Below are positions 63,055 through 64,000 of a stretch of DNA of 64,000 nucleotides, in pieces; the first letter of the stretch is position 1, and each line of letters begins with the position of its first letter. Location of the stretch: contig CAWGRW010000009.1 of NCBI GenBank assembly GCA_963825135.1, positions 640,001-704,000 of the forward strand. Direction: 5' to 3'. The notes beneath the pieces were generated by a model. That model did not search any database and was not told where the DNA came from. It was given only the letters and a program-made list of their open reading frames with translations. The translations under genes were made by a program, and so were the position numbers. Source of the stretch: an uncultured bacterium (GTDB lineage: Bacteria > Desulfobacterota_D > UBA1144 > Nemesobacterales > UBA2774).

Positions 63055-64000
63055 TTATCTCTCGCTTAGCTCCCTTCCTCCGCTCAATACGCTCGAAACG
63101 GAAACTATATCCACGCGATCGCTGATTTTCGGCATCATTTCGGCCAGGGCTTGAACCGTACCGGGGTACGGGTGGCATATGCCTATCGCGTAACCGTTTT
63201 TCTCCGACATCTCAATGAGCTTCTCTATCTGAGACTTCACATACGAAGCCTCTTTGGACGAATTATCCAAAAATACATCCCTTTTGCCCGTTTTCATACC
63301 CATGTTTAAGGCCGTTTTGTATCCTACACTCCCGGACGACGTCAGGCTGTCTACAAAGAAGAGCCCCCGCCCCTTGATCTTTTCGAGGACCATCCGCATC
63401 AGTTCCTCGTTTTCCATGAATTTGGAACCCATATGGTTGTTCACGCCCTTGATGTAAGGTACCGCCGAAAGGTCTTTATCGAGCTGCGCCATGATAGCTT
63501 CCTTGGAAAGCCCCACAAGGAGGGCGCCCTCCCCCGCGTCAGTCCCCGTATATCCCGAGGATTCCATGGGCTCCATCGGGAGGTGGAGCATGATGTCCCA
63601 GCCCTTTTTCCGGGCGGCCTCGGCCGCGTACGCAGAATAGGGGAGATCGGGCAGGATAGAGAACGTGACCGGGTCCGGGAGCCCGACGAGCTTATCGACG
63701 GGCCATTTACTCATCCCGATATCGTCCACTATTATCGCGATCCGGGGCCTGGAAGAGCCGCCTTCCCTGATCTGGGAGCGCTCGACCGCTACGACCGGCT
63801 CCTTGGCCGGTCCGGGTTCCTTTTTAACACCCGGTTTTTCTTCAGCCCCGCCTTCCTTTTCTTTCGCTATTTCGGCCGGGGGCGATTTCCCGGATTCCGG
63901 CTCGAACTTTATCCTGTGAGTTTTAAAGCCGTACGATTTCAATTCCGCCGTTAGCGAATCACCCGAGCCTTCGAACCCCAGCTCATATGATTTTTTAGCG
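63055..64000 (-). CDS. divergent polysaccharide deacetylase family protein, 5' end beyond window
   Basis: IAIIVDDIG, LHLPMEP, GVNNHMGS, FVDSLT, RDVFLD, IGICHP; frame open to the window end. Confidence 0.88.
   Translation of the reverse strand, partial: AKKSYELGFEGSGDSLTAELKSYGFKTHRIKFEPESGKSPPAEIAKEKEGGAEEKPGVKKEPGPAKEPVVAVERSQIREGGSSRPRIAIIVDDIGMSKWPVDKLVGLPDPVTFSILPDLPYSAYAAEAARKKGWDIMLHLPMEPMESSGYTGTDAGEGALLVGLSKEAIMAQLDKDLSAVPYIKGVNNHMGSKFMENEELMRMVLEKIKGRGLFFVDSLTSSGSVGYKTALNMGMKTGKRDVFLDNSSKEASYVKSQIEKLIEMSEKNGYAIGICHPYPGTVQALAEMMPKISDRVDIVSVSSVLSGGRELSER

Overview
Bacterial chromosome segment. The gene content and the run of IPTL-CTERM surface proteins suggest a deltaproteobacteria-related lineage such as Ca. 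Dadabacteria, but this is an unverified inference. Most of the window is housekeeping: glcD-glcE-(DUF3891)-glcF, rplM-rpsI-ino1, queCE, methylmalonyl-CoA mutase, rimI, polyprenyl synthase, sbcC, cvpA, fbp, panBCD, mtnA, prmA, two DksA-family genes, bamD, ald, moeB, aroF, purN and rpsU-dnaG-rpoD. There is a 16S-Ile-Ala-23S rRNA operon with no linked 5S; a 5S gene with its own promoter lies about 6.5 kb upstream. The main accessory region is 22.1-31.2 kb. Between tRNA-Leu(TAA) and a duplicate of its 3' end sit six IPTL-CTERM genes, each with a plausible promoter and RBS and a different N-terminal domain. They share a conserved sorting-tail DNA block and, for five of them, a structured non-coding repeat whose variants are recombinant mosaics, which makes this a candidate cassette-exchange system. 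Between tRNA-Cys and tRNA-Leu lies a decayed element: an HTH replication gene with iteron-like palindromes, a high-GC VOC pseudogene bracketed by two copies of the rep 3' tail, and a low-GC HEPN gene. Other points are an intact tyrosine recombinase missing three catalytic residues, a pan-type attenuator, several apparently leaderless genes, a Tat/lipoprotein vanadium haloperoxidase, and several +1 frameshifts (including in rpoD) that are probably assembly errors.
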